Shown here: piece by piece, positions 48,678 through 58,048 of the stretch
Layout of the letters: each line of letters opens with the position of its first letter
Position numbering within the stretch: the stretch's first letter is position 1
DNA from: an uncultured Gammaproteobacteria bacterium
Lineage (GTDB): Bacteria > Patescibacteriota > Patescibacteriia > UBA9934
Length of the DNA: 64,000 bases
Assembly (NCBI GenBank): GCA_964355955.1
Contig: CAYHFQ010000004.1
Span: 1,162-65,161 of the forward strand
Reading direction: 5' to 3'
The notes under the pieces: generated by a model
The model's input: the letters and a program-made list of their open reading frames with translations, nothing else
What the model was told of the DNA's origin: nothing
Database searches by the model: none
Program-made: the position numbers and the translations under genes

Positions 48678-49901
48678 TTATTTAACGCGCATGGCACTTA
48701 GGAGGCCATTGCTATCTTGATAATATAAGGTTTTGCCGTCGCTTGAGAGAGAGAGATTTTGCATTTGCGTTTGGATGGCAGGGAAACCAACTAGGGTGAC
48801 TTTGCCGGATGGGACTTCCACTTTGTAAACATTGTCCATGGCAGTGGCTAGGGTGTGGTCGGCGCCATCACCGGCGGCGATGGTGCTTGGCGCGGCACAG
48901 TAAAGAGTGCTGGCATCGGCGTAAGTACACTTTTCTACCCAGGTACTCAGGTTGATCTTAACGCGAGCATCGCCATTGCGGTCTCCGCGACTGTCGGCGT
49001 ACCACAGGGCGGCGTTGTAGGTGTTGCTAGGATCGGCCACGGAATAGAGAAGGTGATTACCGTCAGGTGCCCAGATGGCACTGAAGTTGCTACCGTCGAC
49101 GATGAGTGCGCCGCTCGCTTGACCGTCGAGTCCAAGGAGATAGTATTGTTGACGACCAAAGCCTGATTGCACAGTACCAGTGCGGGAAAAAGCTACGACG
49201 TTGTTGCTTGGTGAGAGGTTGACGATTACCTTGCCAGCATTGTCACCGAGGGCAGCGATGACGCTAGTTTGTGAGCCGTCGGTGCTGGTCATGATTAGGG
49301 AGCGATTGCTGGCGTCATTACCGATGCTTTTAGCAGCAATGGCGTTGCCGTCGCTTGAGAAAGAGAAGTCAGTCCAGTGACTTGGCATACTGACTTGTTG
49401 GCCGGTAGTGAAGCCGTAAACGATGTTGCTACCGTCTGGGTATTCGAGGATGGCGCTGTCAGCGTTGTTAGAGAAGATGACGTTGCTGGCGGCAGGAAAC
49501 TGCTTGGGTGAAATAGCTGTGGCTGTACCTTGATCGGTGATGGTATAAAAGCGGCCATCGGCGGGGTCATAATAAGCGAGAGAGCCGCTTGCGGTGAGGG
49601 TGGGGGAGACGATGGCGCTGGTAGTGAGTTGACGAACGAGCGTTGAACCACCGTCGGCGATAGGGGATGGGGGCAGTGTGCCGGGACCGGTGGTACCGGG
49701 AGCTGCGGTGCCAGCACCTGGTAATTCACCAGCCGAACCAGCTCCGGTGAGACTACCGGTTGGTGTTCCTTGGCCGGTGGTGGTACCTGGGACGACAGCC
49801 GGAGTGCTGCGGAAGAAGGCGAAATAAAGTCCTAAGCCGATGAGACCCACGGCAAGAAGGAAGATTATTAGACGAAGGATGAGCTTGGCGCGATCAGACA
49901 T
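48678..49901 (-). CDS. Membrane-anchored beta-propeller protein (TolB/PD40-like repeats)
   Basis: TM helix, then a Pro/Gly/Thr linker, then repeated SSDG...A[IL]xY blocks (FSFSSDGNAIAA, LSLSSDGKTLYY). Confidence 0.5.
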   Translation of the reverse strand: MSDRAKLILRLIIFLLAVGLIGLGLYFAFFRSTPAVVPGTTTGQGTPTGSLTGAGSAGELPGAGTAAPGTTGPGTLPPSPIADGGSTLVRQLTTSAIVSPTLTASGSLAYYDPADGRFYTITDQGTATAISPKQFPAASNVIFSNNADSAILEYPDGSNIVYGFTTGQQVSMPSHWTDFSFSSDGNAIAAKSIGNDASNRSLIMTSTDGSQTSVIAALGDNAGKVIVNLSPSNNVVAFSRTGTVQSGFGRQQYYLLGLDGQASGALIVDGSNFSAIWAPDGNHLLYSVADPSNTYNAALWYADSRGDRNGDARVKINLSTWVEKCTYADASTLYCAAPSTIAAGDGADHTLATAMDNVYKVEVPSGKVTLVGFPAIQTQMQNLSLSSDGKTLYYQDSNGLLSAMRVK

Positions 49902-49910
49902 AGGGAGAAA

Positions 49911-50681
49911 TTAGAGAGCTGAGGCAATATGATAGAAAGTGTAGAGAATGGCTGCACCAGTAGTACCGATGACGGAAGCGATGATGATTGGTACTAGCAT
50001 AATGAGAGCTAGGCCGACTAGGCTCCAAAGTAGCACAAAGACGGCGTTGACTATCATGCCCCAGCCGACAATGGTTTTTTTATTGAAGCGTGGGGGTAGA
50101 GCCTTGCCTAAGCCACTGCTATCCATGTTATCGCCCACTTCATCCCAAAAAGTGATGAGGAGTTGATAAGCTGAGGTGACAGAAGCTAGGAGTAGAGCAA
50201 AACCACCGTCTTCACAGGGAGTGTCGCTATCACCGATGACGCCAGGGGCCGCGCCGTAAATTTCTTTGCCAGCTGATTCGATAGCTGAACTGGTTTGTTG
50301 GTCGGCTAAATTTCTGGTAGCTTCTTTGATTCGAGAAAGAGCGCGAACGGGGTCGTAGTCGTCGTTATCGACGTTGTCACGAATTTCATTTTGACTAACA
50401 GTCCAGGCATCATTATAGGCGTCGATGTTGGCTAAATCCTCTTCGCTTGGGTCATAATCAGTATTACCAACTGGAGTGTTGGTAGGCGGCTGAATGGCGA
50501 GACGAATGCGGTCGCGTTGTTGGGCGGCTTGGAGCATTTGTCCCCAGGAGCCGGTTGCTTCGGCGTTGATGGCTTGCTGTAAAGTTTTTGGAGCTAATTC
50601 GAAAGTACCGCCAGGTGGTTGTTGGCGGGCATTGCGGGCGGCAAATTGTGTTTGATTCCAAGTACCCAGGTTGGAGTCCAT
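49911..50681 (-). CDS. Hypothetical protein with C-terminal double TM hairpin
   Basis: Soluble N-terminal domain, then IVGWGMIVNAVFVLLWSLVGLALIMLV and PIIIASVIGTTGAAILYTF. Confidence 0.4.
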   Translation of the reverse strand: MDSNLGTWNQTQFAARNARQQPPGGTFELAPKTLQQAINAEATGSWGQMLQAAQQRDRIRLAIQPPTNTPVGNTDYDPSEEDLANIDAYNDAWTVSQNEIRDNVDNDDYDPVRALSRIKEATRNLADQQTSSAIESAGKEIYGAAPGVIGDSDTPCEDGGFALLLASVTSAYQLLITFWDEVGDNMDSSGLGKALPPRFNKKTIVGWGMIVNAVFVLLWSLVGLALIMLVPIIIASVIGTTGAAILYTFYHIASAL

Positions 50682-50705
50682 AGACCCCAGTAGTATAACA
50701 TGAAG

Positions 50706-53330
50706 TTACTTTTTTGTTTTGATTTTTTGTTTGTGGGTGGGGACTAAATGAGATATTTTTCTGGTGGTTTTGATGGTCGGGCGGATTTTATAGCGGGGCA
50801 TGGTAATCCCGCCTATTATGCGAAGAGAGATTGAGCCATTTTTGTCGAGCTCGACGAAGAATTTGTTAGCATTTGGTTGGTTGAGGATAAGGTCGGTTAG
50901 GGGATGTTCGATTAGTTCTTCCACTAAGTGGCGGACGTCGCGGGCACCCTGTTTGACGGAGACTCGGCTCGCGATGAAAGCGGCGATTGGTTTAGCGAAG
51001 TTGAGGGTGAGGTTTTGTTCTTGCAGACGTTGCTTGAGATTGTCGAGAGCCATGGTGGCGATGGTGGTGAAGTCGGACGTGTCGAGCGGACGGAAAAGAC
51101 AGGTGTGATCAATGCGATTTAATAATTCTGGGCGGAAGCTATCTTCGAGTAGTCCACGGATGTCTGTGGCGAGTTTTTGGTCGACGAGACTCTCGACATC
51201 GGTGAAACCAAGTCCAGCCTGGGTGAAGCGTTCGCGGCCGGCGTTCGTAGTCATGATGATGATGGTGTTGCGAAAGTTGACAGTGCGGCCGGTGGCGTCG
51301 GTTAACAAACCTTCGTCTAAAAGTTGGAGGAGGAGGTTGTGGACGTCGCCGTGAGCTTTTTCGAGTTCGTCAAAAAGGACCACGCTGTGGGGTTTGGCGC
51401 GAACGGCGTCGGTGAGCTTGGCGCCTTCACGGAAACCGACGTAGCCAGCGGGAGAGCCTAGGAGCTTGCTGACGGCGTAGCTTTCGGCAAATTCGCTCAT
51501 GTCGAGGCGGATGAGTGCTTGCTGGTCGTCAAAGTAATGGTTAGCAACGGCGCGGGCGAGTTCTGTTTTACCCACACCTGAGGGGCCGACAAAAAGGAAC
51601 GAGGCTAGCGGACGGTTGGGGCGATTGAGGCCTAATTTGGCACGTTTGAGGGCTTGCGTGACGCGAGCGGTGGCGCTCACTTGGCCGATGACTTGAGTTT
51701 GTAAGCGAGACTCGAGATTTTTGAGGGCGGTGGTTTGGTCGGTTGAGAGAGTGGTTAGGGGAATGCCGGTTAAGTGGGAAACGGCGCGCAAAATATCCTC
51801 GTGGTCAACCGTTTTAATAGGGGCTTTGAGATCTTTTTGATCAAGCTGATCGTATTCGAGGCGCAAGGCATCTTCGCGTTTTTTGAAGTCAGAGGCGGCC
51901 AGGAATTGTTCGCCCATGACGGCGTTGGCTTTGTTTAAGCGAGCCAGGGTGAGGGCGTCGGCGAGGCTGCGGCGCTTGAGGGTGGCGCGGGCAGCAACGT
52001 TGGTGAGCATGGCAGCGGCACCGGCTTCGTCGAGAATATCTACGGCTTTGTCCGGGAATTGTTTGCCGTGTAAGTAGCGCTCGGCCAGCTTGAGCGTGGT
52101 GTCGATAGCGGCTGGAGTGAATTTAACACGATGATAAGCCTCGTACTTGGGACGGAGGCCGTTAATGATGAGACGTGTTTCCGCCAGGGTTGGTTCCTTG
52201 ACGTTGATGGTTTGGAAGCGGCGTTCCAAGGCGGCGTCTGACTCAATGTGTTTTTTGAATTCGCTCCAGGTGGTGGCGCCAATACAGCGAATATCGCCCC
52301 GAGCTAAGGCGGGTTTGAGCATATTGGCCGCGTCGCCTGTACCGCCGGGGGAGCCAGCGCCGACGAGGTTGTGGATTTCGTCGATGAAAAGAATGATGTT
52401 CGGCTGCTCGGCTAGTTCTTCCAGAATTTCTTGCACGCGACTTTCAAAATCACCACGGTAGGTGGTGCCAGCGACGAGATTGGTGAGGTCCAAACGGAAG
52501 ATGCGTTTGTCGGCTAGAGCATCGGCTACTTTGCCGTTAACAATCATTTTAGCTAAACCTTCGACGATGGCGGTTTTACCAACGCCAGCTTCGCCGAGAA
52601 GAAGAGGATTATTTTTATTTTTGCGGAGAAGAATGCTGGCCAGGCGACTGACTTCCACTTCGCGACCAATGAGAGGATCGAAACGATCGGTCATTGCTTT
52701 CGTAGTAAGCTCGACGCCGAAGTATTCTAAAGCAGAAGTGGATGATTCGTGGTCACTTTCTTCGTTTAAGGCAGCTTCAGCTTCACGCAGAGCGCCTTCT
52801 AAATCTTCAAGATGACCTGCTTGATGAGAAGCGGCTCCGGGATTTCGTACGGCTGCTTTGTGCTTTTCAGGGAAAGTGGCGGTGGTGCGGAAGATGTTGC
52901 CGAGGGCGATGGTAATGGATTTTTCGGTAATGTTATGGTCGTGAAAGAAGTCACGAATATTAGGCTTCTCTAATTGCAGAAGACCGGACAAGAGGTGCTC
53001 GGTGCCGACGTAGCGATGCTCGAACATGGTGGCGGTAAGAACGGCTTTCTCGATGGCGTTTTTGGAGGCGGTTGAGAGGAGAGGAGTTGGTGCCGATTTG
53101 GCTGGTTTGGTAGGTACAGTAATGAAAGCACCGCCGAAAGCGCGTAACGAGTCTTCAGGGATCCCAGCTTTTTTCAGAATTTCACCGCCGATGGAGCCGG
53201 TTTCTGTGCCAATGGCCCAGAGTAAATGATGAGGTTCAATAATTTTGCCGTTTTGCTCGACGACTAAACAGAGTGCTCGGGTGAGCACGGTTTTGAGGTG
53301 GTTAGTAAATTTGTCGGTGACTTCGACCAT
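50706..53330 (-). CDS. Clp/Hsp100 AAA+ chaperone, two nucleotide-binding domains (ClpC/ClpB-like)
   Basis: Clp_N repeats, D1 Walker A LLLGEAGVGKTAIVEGLA, and D2 Walker A FVGPSGVGKTELARAVA. Start set at the ATG at 53330 (MVEVTDKF). The track ORF extends 61 codons further with no homology. Confidence 0.85.
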   Translation of the reverse strand: MVEVTDKFTNHLKTVLTRALCLVVEQNGKIIEPHHLLWAIGTETGSIGGEILKKAGIPEDSLRAFGGAFITVPTKPAKSAPTPLLSTASKNAIEKAVLTATMFEHRYVGTEHLLSGLLQLEKPNIRDFFHDHNITEKSITIALGNIFRTTATFPEKHKAAVRNPGAASHQAGHLEDLEGALREAEAALNEESDHESSTSALEYFGVELTTKAMTDRFDPLIGREVEVSRLASILLRKNKNNPLLLGEAGVGKTAIVEGLAKMIVNGKVADALADKRIFRLDLTNLVAGTTYRGDFESRVQEILEELAEQPNIILFIDEIHNLVGAGSPGGTGDAANMLKPALARGDIRCIGATTWSEFKKHIESDAALERRFQTINVKEPTLAETRLIINGLRPKYEAYHRVKFTPAAIDTTLKLAERYLHGKQFPDKAVDILDEAGAAAMLTNVAARATLKRRSLADALTLARLNKANAVMGEQFLAASDFKKREDALRLEYDQLDQKDLKAPIKTVDHEDILRAVSHLTGIPLTTLSTDQTTALKNLESRLQTQVIGQVSATARVTQALKRAKLGLNRPNRPLASFLFVGPSGVGKTELARAVANHYFDDQQALIRLDMSEFAESYAVSKLLGSPAGYVGFREGAKLTDAVRAKPHSVVLFDELEKAHGDVHNLLLQLLDEGLLTDATGRTVNFRNTIIIMTTNAGRERFTQAGLGFTDVESLVDQKLATDIRGLLEDSFRPELLNRIDHTCLFRPLDTSDFTTIATMALDNLKQRLQEQNLTLNFAKPIAAFIASRVSVKQGARDVRHLVEELIEHPLTDLILNQPNANKFFVELDKNGSISLRIIGGITMPRYKIRPTIKTTRKISHLVPTHKQKIKTKK

Positions 53331-53615
53331 ACTATTATTTATTTCGTCTTTGCGAGCGTCAGCGAAGCAATCTTGGTGAGCTCTCCATTCCAGCCAACGC
53401 GAGACTCGGGGAGTCCCTTTCTTTCTCTCTCGGGCATTTTGACGATCGATATTTACTACTTGAGTGAAATATCGCCACCAAAATGCGCGTCCCTCGGTCG
53501 ACGAAAGGGACATCCCACTCGTCTTCGTTGACTTCGGGCTCGTACCGTTGACATCCGAGGAAGACGGGGTCTACCTCGGATGTCGGCTCGTTAAGACGCG
53601 GTGGCTGCGAGTGCG

Positions 53616-54509
53616 TTACTTAATCATCTCATTCAACCGGGCGATGCGGTCAGCGACGGGTGGGTGAGTACTGAAAAGATTGGCGAACCAGCCGCGGGTA
53701 GTGTGACTGCCGAAGGGGTTAGCAATGAAGAGGTGGGCGGTAGCGCGGTTGGCGGTGCGGAGAGGTTGGGGGACGCCGGCGATTTTTTGGAGAGCAGCGG
53801 CGAGACCGGCGGGATAGCGGGTGAGGAGGGCGCTTGAAGAGTCGGCGAGATATTCACGGCGCCTGCTAATGGCGAATTTGATGAGTTGGGCGAAGAGCGG
53901 GGAGAGAATGGCGAGTACGAGGCCGATGATGAGCAGGGCGTTGCCACCTGAGTTTTCACTATTGCCTCGTCGACGGAAGAAGGTGGAGCGAAGCATGACG
54001 TCGGCCACTAACATGATGGCACCAATGAGAACGACGACGATGGTCATGACGCGAATGTCGTAATTTTTGATATGGGAGAGTTCATGAGCGGCCACGCCTT
54101 CGAGTTCGTTCTTGGCGAGTAAGGCGAGGATACCGGTGGTGAAAGTGATGGCAGCGTGTTCGGGGTCGCGACCAGTAGCGAAAGCGTTGGGGCTCACGTC
54201 GTCAATAACGTAGATGCGCGGCATGGGCAGGCCGCTCGCAATGGTGAGGTTCTCGACCAAGTTGTAGAGATCAGGCGCTTGGGCTTTGCTGATTTCTTTG
54301 GCGCCAGAAACGCTGAGGGCGATGTTGCTACTAAAGAAATAACTGAAGAGCGAGAAGCTGGTGGCTAGGATGATGCCGATAACGAGACTGTCTGTGGTCG
54401 CCAGGCCGTACATTCGACCTAGCAACCAAATAAGACCAACCAAAATGGCTGAGGCGCTAATGATGAGGAGCCAGGTTTGGCGCTTGTTGGCCGCAATCGC
54501 CGAGTACAT
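53616..54509 (-). CDS. htpX: Zinc metalloprotease HtpX (M48)
   Basis: HEXXH in AAHELSHIKNYD, with 4 TM helices. Confidence 0.85.
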   Translation of the reverse strand: MYSAIAANKRQTWLLIISASAILVGLIWLLGRMYGLATTDSLVIGIILATSFSLFSYFFSSNIALSVSGAKEISKAQAPDLYNLVENLTIASGLPMPRIYVIDDVSPNAFATGRDPEHAAITFTTGILALLAKNELEGVAAHELSHIKNYDIRVMTIVVVLIGAIMLVADVMLRSTFFRRRGNSENSGGNALLIIGLVLAILSPLFAQLIKFAISRRREYLADSSSALLTRYPAGLAAALQKIAGVPQPLRTANRATAHLFIANPFGSHTTRGWFANLFSTHPPVADRIARLNEMIK

Positions 54510-54524
54510 AAGGCGAGAGCTGGG

Positions 54525-55076
54525 TTAGAACTTTACTTCGACTGGTTCGTTCACAGCGTCAGGAGCGTCAAAGAAAGGGAACTTGTTGAAACCGAGTGCG
54601 CCACCGACCAAGTTGGTTGGAAAGACCTGTAGCTTGATGTTGAAGTCGCGAGCTTGGCCGTTGAAGAAACGACGTGAGGCAGAAATTTTGTCTTCGGCGT
54701 CGACCAATTCTTTTTGTAGATGCAAGAAATTGTCGGCGGCTTTGAGGGCTGGATAGTTCTCGGCGACAGCGAAGAGGGACTTGAGAGACTGGGAGAGCAT
54801 GTTTTCCGCGGCTGAATGTTCAGCCATGGTACCGGCGTTCATGGCGGCGGTGCGAGCTTCGGTTACTTTAACGAAGACGCCTTCTTCGTGAGCAGCGTAA
54901 CCTTTAACGGTGTTGACCAAGTTTGGAATGAGGTCATAACGACGCTTGAGCTGGACCTCGATGTCGCTCCAGGCTTCTTCGGTGCGGTTTTTGCCGCGGA
55001 TTAGGCCGTTAAAAGCGGTGATGAGCCAGAGTCCGAGAACTGCTACTACGATTAGGATGATTCCGATAATGGACAT
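54525..55076 (-). CDS. lemA: LemA family protein
   Basis: N-terminal TM helix and the conserved block EEAWSDIEVQLKRRYDLIPNLV. lemA and htpX lie in tandem. Confidence 0.85.
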   Translation of the reverse strand: MSIIGIILIVVAVLGLWLITAFNGLIRGKNRTEEAWSDIEVQLKRRYDLIPNLVNTVKGYAAHEEGVFVKVTEARTAAMNAGTMAEHSAAENMLSQSLKSLFAVAENYPALKAADNFLHLQKELVDAEDKISASRRFFNGQARDFNIKLQVFPTNLVGGALGFNKFPFFDAPDAVNEPVEVKF

Positions 55077-55147
55077 AGTAATTTGGGCAAAAGATGAATT
55101 ACTGTTAGAATGAGAGTACGTTTTTTGAAGCTTAATGTCAAAGAAGT

Positions 55148-56482
55148 ATGCTAGTTCCAGCTCATATTTTTAAGAAAAATGACATTCGTGGATTATTGGC
55201 TGAGGTTACGGTAGAAATCGCTAGGCAAACGGGCATGGCGTTGGTGGATATTACTAATGCTAAGAAAATTGTGGTTGGCCGGGATATGCGCAGCACCAGC
55301 CCAGCATTGGCTAAGGCGGCGATTGAGGGGATAACGGCGATGGGAGTAGATGTACTAGATATTGGCCAATGTACTACGAGTTTGTTCAATTTTGCGGTGT
55401 CTTCGCAGGCCGACGTCGACGCTGGCCTGATGGTGACGGCTTCGCATAATCCGGCTGAGTATAACGGAATTAAGTGTGCATGGGCGAATGGTTTGCCTAT
55501 TTCGGGGACAGATTTTTTGCCGTTGATGACGCAAGAATACGGGTTGGCGAAAGTGATGGGTCAAGTAGAAGATGGCGGCTTGCTCGACGAATATATTGAT
55601 TTTTGTTTGGCTGGCGTGGACGTACGGGATTTTGCGGGGACTAAGGTGGTGATTGATTATGGGAATGGCATGGGCGCATTAACGGTGCGAAAATTAGCCA
55701 AGAAGCTCGGCCTAGAAGCGGTTGAGTTGTATGCTGAGCCGGATGCACGTTTCCCTAATCATGAGGCTAATCCAGCGAAGGAGGAAACATTAACAGATAT
55801 CAAGGCGGCGGTATTGAGAGAGGGAGCTGACTTTGGTATTGCGCTTGACGGTGATGCTGACCGAGTAGCGTTTATTGATAACGAGGGTGTGAGTTTGCGG
55901 GGGGATCAGACGTTAGCGTTGTTGGCGTCTGTGGTGTTGGCTAGCCACCCAGAGGCAAAGGTGATTGTGGCACCAAACCAGTCATGGGCAACACGCGAGG
56001 CGATTACTGGAGCCGGTGGTGAATGCGTTGAGGTGGCAGTTGGTAGGACGACGGTAATTAGAGCAATGCATGATACTGGCGCGTTGCTTGGCGGCGAGTT
56101 GTCGAGCCATTTTATGTTTGCTGAGTCGCATAATTTAGAAGCGGTGGATTTGGCGATTGTGAAAATTTTAGCTTTGTGGAAAGAATCTGGGATGGCGTTT
56201 GCTGACTTAGTGCGACCACTCCGGGCGATGAGTAATAGTGGTGAAGTAAATATTGAGGTGCATGATAAAGAGTCGGCGCTTGGCAGACTTGAATCGATGT
56301 TTGTGGCGGATGCGACATTTGTTAATAGATTAGATGGAATCCGCTGCGAATACGGCCGCGACTGGTGGTTTTTGGTGCGAGCTAGTAATACGGAACCAAT
56401 CCTGCGCTTGATCGTGGAAGCGAAGTCGGAAGAACTGATGAAAGAGAAACGAGATGAACTGGCGGCGATTATTAAAGCTTAA
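55148..56482 (+). CDS. Alpha-D-phosphohexomutase (phosphoglucomutase/phosphomannomutase/GlmM family)
   Basis: Active-site TASHNPAEYNGIK, metal loop DGDADR, and the N-terminal IFKKNDIRG. Confidence 0.8.
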   Translation: MLVPAHIFKKNDIRGLLAEVTVEIARQTGMALVDITNAKKIVVGRDMRSTSPALAKAAIEGITAMGVDVLDIGQCTTSLFNFAVSSQADVDAGLMVTASHNPAEYNGIKCAWANGLPISGTDFLPLMTQEYGLAKVMGQVEDGGLLDEYIDFCLAGVDVRDFAGTKVVIDYGNGMGALTVRKLAKKLGLEAVELYAEPDARFPNHEANPAKEETLTDIKAAVLREGADFGIALDGDADRVAFIDNEGVSLRGDQTLALLASVVLASHPEAKVIVAPNQSWATREAITGAGGECVEVAVGRTTVIRAMHDTGALLGGELSSHFMFAESHNLEAVDLAIVKILALWKESGMAFADLVRPLRAMSNSGEVNIEVHDKESALGRLESMFVADATFVNRLDGIRCEYGRDWWFLVRASNTEPILRLIVEAKSEELMKEKRDELAAIIKA

Positions 56483-56484
56483 GT

Positions 56485-57882
56485 ATGCAGAAGATTGTCT
56501 CGTCGTATAAAACTTTCCGTTTTGTAAGTTATGACTTTGACGCAGACAGCGGCGAGGCGAGTTTTGTGTATGGGTTGGATGATAAGATGACGTTTACGGA
56601 GAAAGTAAAATTTCGAATTCCAGACCCGGCCCCAGCCCGCTCAATTGCCGAAATTGTAATAGGCGGGGTTACCATGCCTCGCCAGAATTTCGACGAGCTG
56701 CACAAGGCGTTATTTGCGCTGCATTTGATGGCTGGTATTAGTTATTATAAAACGTACTGTCCGGCCGAGATTGTCATCGAATCTGGGGAGTTGAGCGCCG
56801 ACGAGGCCGCCTTTTGGAATAAGTTGTATACGCATGGCTTGGGTGAGTTTTTTTACAAAAATGATTTGGATTTTAGGGGGTATATTAAGTTTCCGGTAAA
56901 TAGCGAAGGGGTCAGGTCTAGAATCGAGCATTTTGAGGATTTGTTGGCAAATGATGGGGCAATTGTACCGATAGGCGGAGGGAAAGACTCGCTAGTGGCG
57001 ATTGAGATGTTGCAGAAAGCGGGGATTGATTTCGACTTGGTGGCGTTGGGCAGACATGAACGAATTCAAGAAGTTGCCGAAGCGATTGATCAGCCGCTGC
57101 ATATTATTGAACGTCAACTAGATCCGCAGTTGTTTGAGTTGAACAAGCAGGGGGCGTTAAATGGTCATGTACCGATTAGTGCGTATATTGCTTTTACGAT
57201 GGTGGTGCATGCGTTACTAAATAATAAACGTGACATTGTGCTCAGTAATGAACGCAGCGCAAATGCTGGCAACGTGATGATGGGTGATATCGAGATTAAC
57301 CATCAGTACAGCAAGAGTTTGGAATGCGAACGTGATATTCAGGAGTACATTAAAAATTCGATTACGCCGAATGTGCGTTACTTTAGTTTGCTCAGGCCGT
57401 TGTCGGAGTTGGCGATTGTGAAGAAGTTTGTCGAGGAGGGGAAGTATTTTGAGGTGTTCTCGAGCTGTAATAGGAATTATGCGATTAATAAGAAGGCGAC
57501 GCAGCGCTGGTGCGGTGAGTGTCCGAAGTGTGCTTTCGTCTTTACGTTGCTAGCCGCGTTTATGCCGAAGGAAGGGATAGTCGAAGTCTTCGGTAAGAAT
57601 TTATATGCGGATGAGAGTTTGTTGTCGACGTATAAAGAATTATTAGCGATTGAAGGAATTAAGCCGTTTGAATGTGTGGGTGAGCCGGATGAAGTGTTAG
57701 CGGCGTTTGTGTTGGCGCAACGTAAAGGAGAGTTTGCTGAGGATGTGATTATGAAGTGGTTTGAGTCGGAAATTTTACCAACGAAGAAGAATGTTGAGGA
57801 GATTATCAATGAGGTGATGAAGCTGAGTAGTGAACATGCGATGCCAGAAGAATATGCTAAAATGATGATTGACGAAAAATAA
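56485..57882 (+). CDS. PP-loop ATP pyrophosphatase-domain protein (QueC-like core with ~160-aa N-terminal extension), function unknown
   Basis: PP-loop IVPIGGGKDSLVAIEM and a downstream CxxCxxC cluster (WCGECPKC) about 190 aa later, as in QueC-type enzymes. Lies between the phosphohexomutase and murD. Confidence 0.45.
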   Translation: MQKIVSSYKTFRFVSYDFDADSGEASFVYGLDDKMTFTEKVKFRIPDPAPARSIAEIVIGGVTMPRQNFDELHKALFALHLMAGISYYKTYCPAEIVIESGELSADEAAFWNKLYTHGLGEFFYKNDLDFRGYIKFPVNSEGVRSRIEHFEDLLANDGAIVPIGGGKDSLVAIEMLQKAGIDFDLVALGRHERIQEVAEAIDQPLHIIERQLDPQLFELNKQGALNGHVPISAYIAFTMVVHALLNNKRDIVLSNERSANAGNVMMGDIEINHQYSKSLECERDIQEYIKNSITPNVRYFSLLRPLSELAIVKKFVEEGKYFEVFSSCNRNYAINKKATQRWCGECPKCAFVFTLLAAFMPKEGIVEVFGKNLYADESLLSTYKELLAIEGIKPFECVGEPDEVLAAFVLAQRKGEFAEDVIMKWFESEILPTKKNVEEIINEVMKLSSEHAMPEEYAKMMIDEK

Positions 57883-57883
57883 C

Positions 57884-58027
57884 TTCACTCTCAACCGTCA
57901 TGTTTCCTATTCCTAGCTGCACCTCGTCAACCGCACCACCCGTCTCACCTCGTCTGACTCGGGCGGTGGCGCAGGGCCGAGGTTGGCGTCGTCATAGGAG
58001 ACAATGACAGTTGTTCGTTTAGATCGG
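57884..58027 (+). repeat. Family-1 structured intergenic repeat, copy C
   Basis: Carries TTCCTAGCTGCACCTCGTCAACCG...GTCTCACCTCGTCTGACTCGGG...CAGGGCCGAGGTTGGCGTCGTCATAGGAGACA. The outer stem covaries (TCCTAT/ATAGGA versus CTCCTGT/ACAGGAG). Confidence 0.8.
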
Positions 58028-58048
58028 TAAAGAAGTAAAATTGTTTGT

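Noticed and set aside
53331-53615. Possible CtsR operator upstream of the clpC-like gene (two GTCAACG direct repeats and a 9-bp hairpin)
   Set aside because: The repeats do not match the (A/G)GTCAAA heptad consensus or its spacing well enough, and the hairpin lacks a T-run. I cannot support a specific regulatory call.
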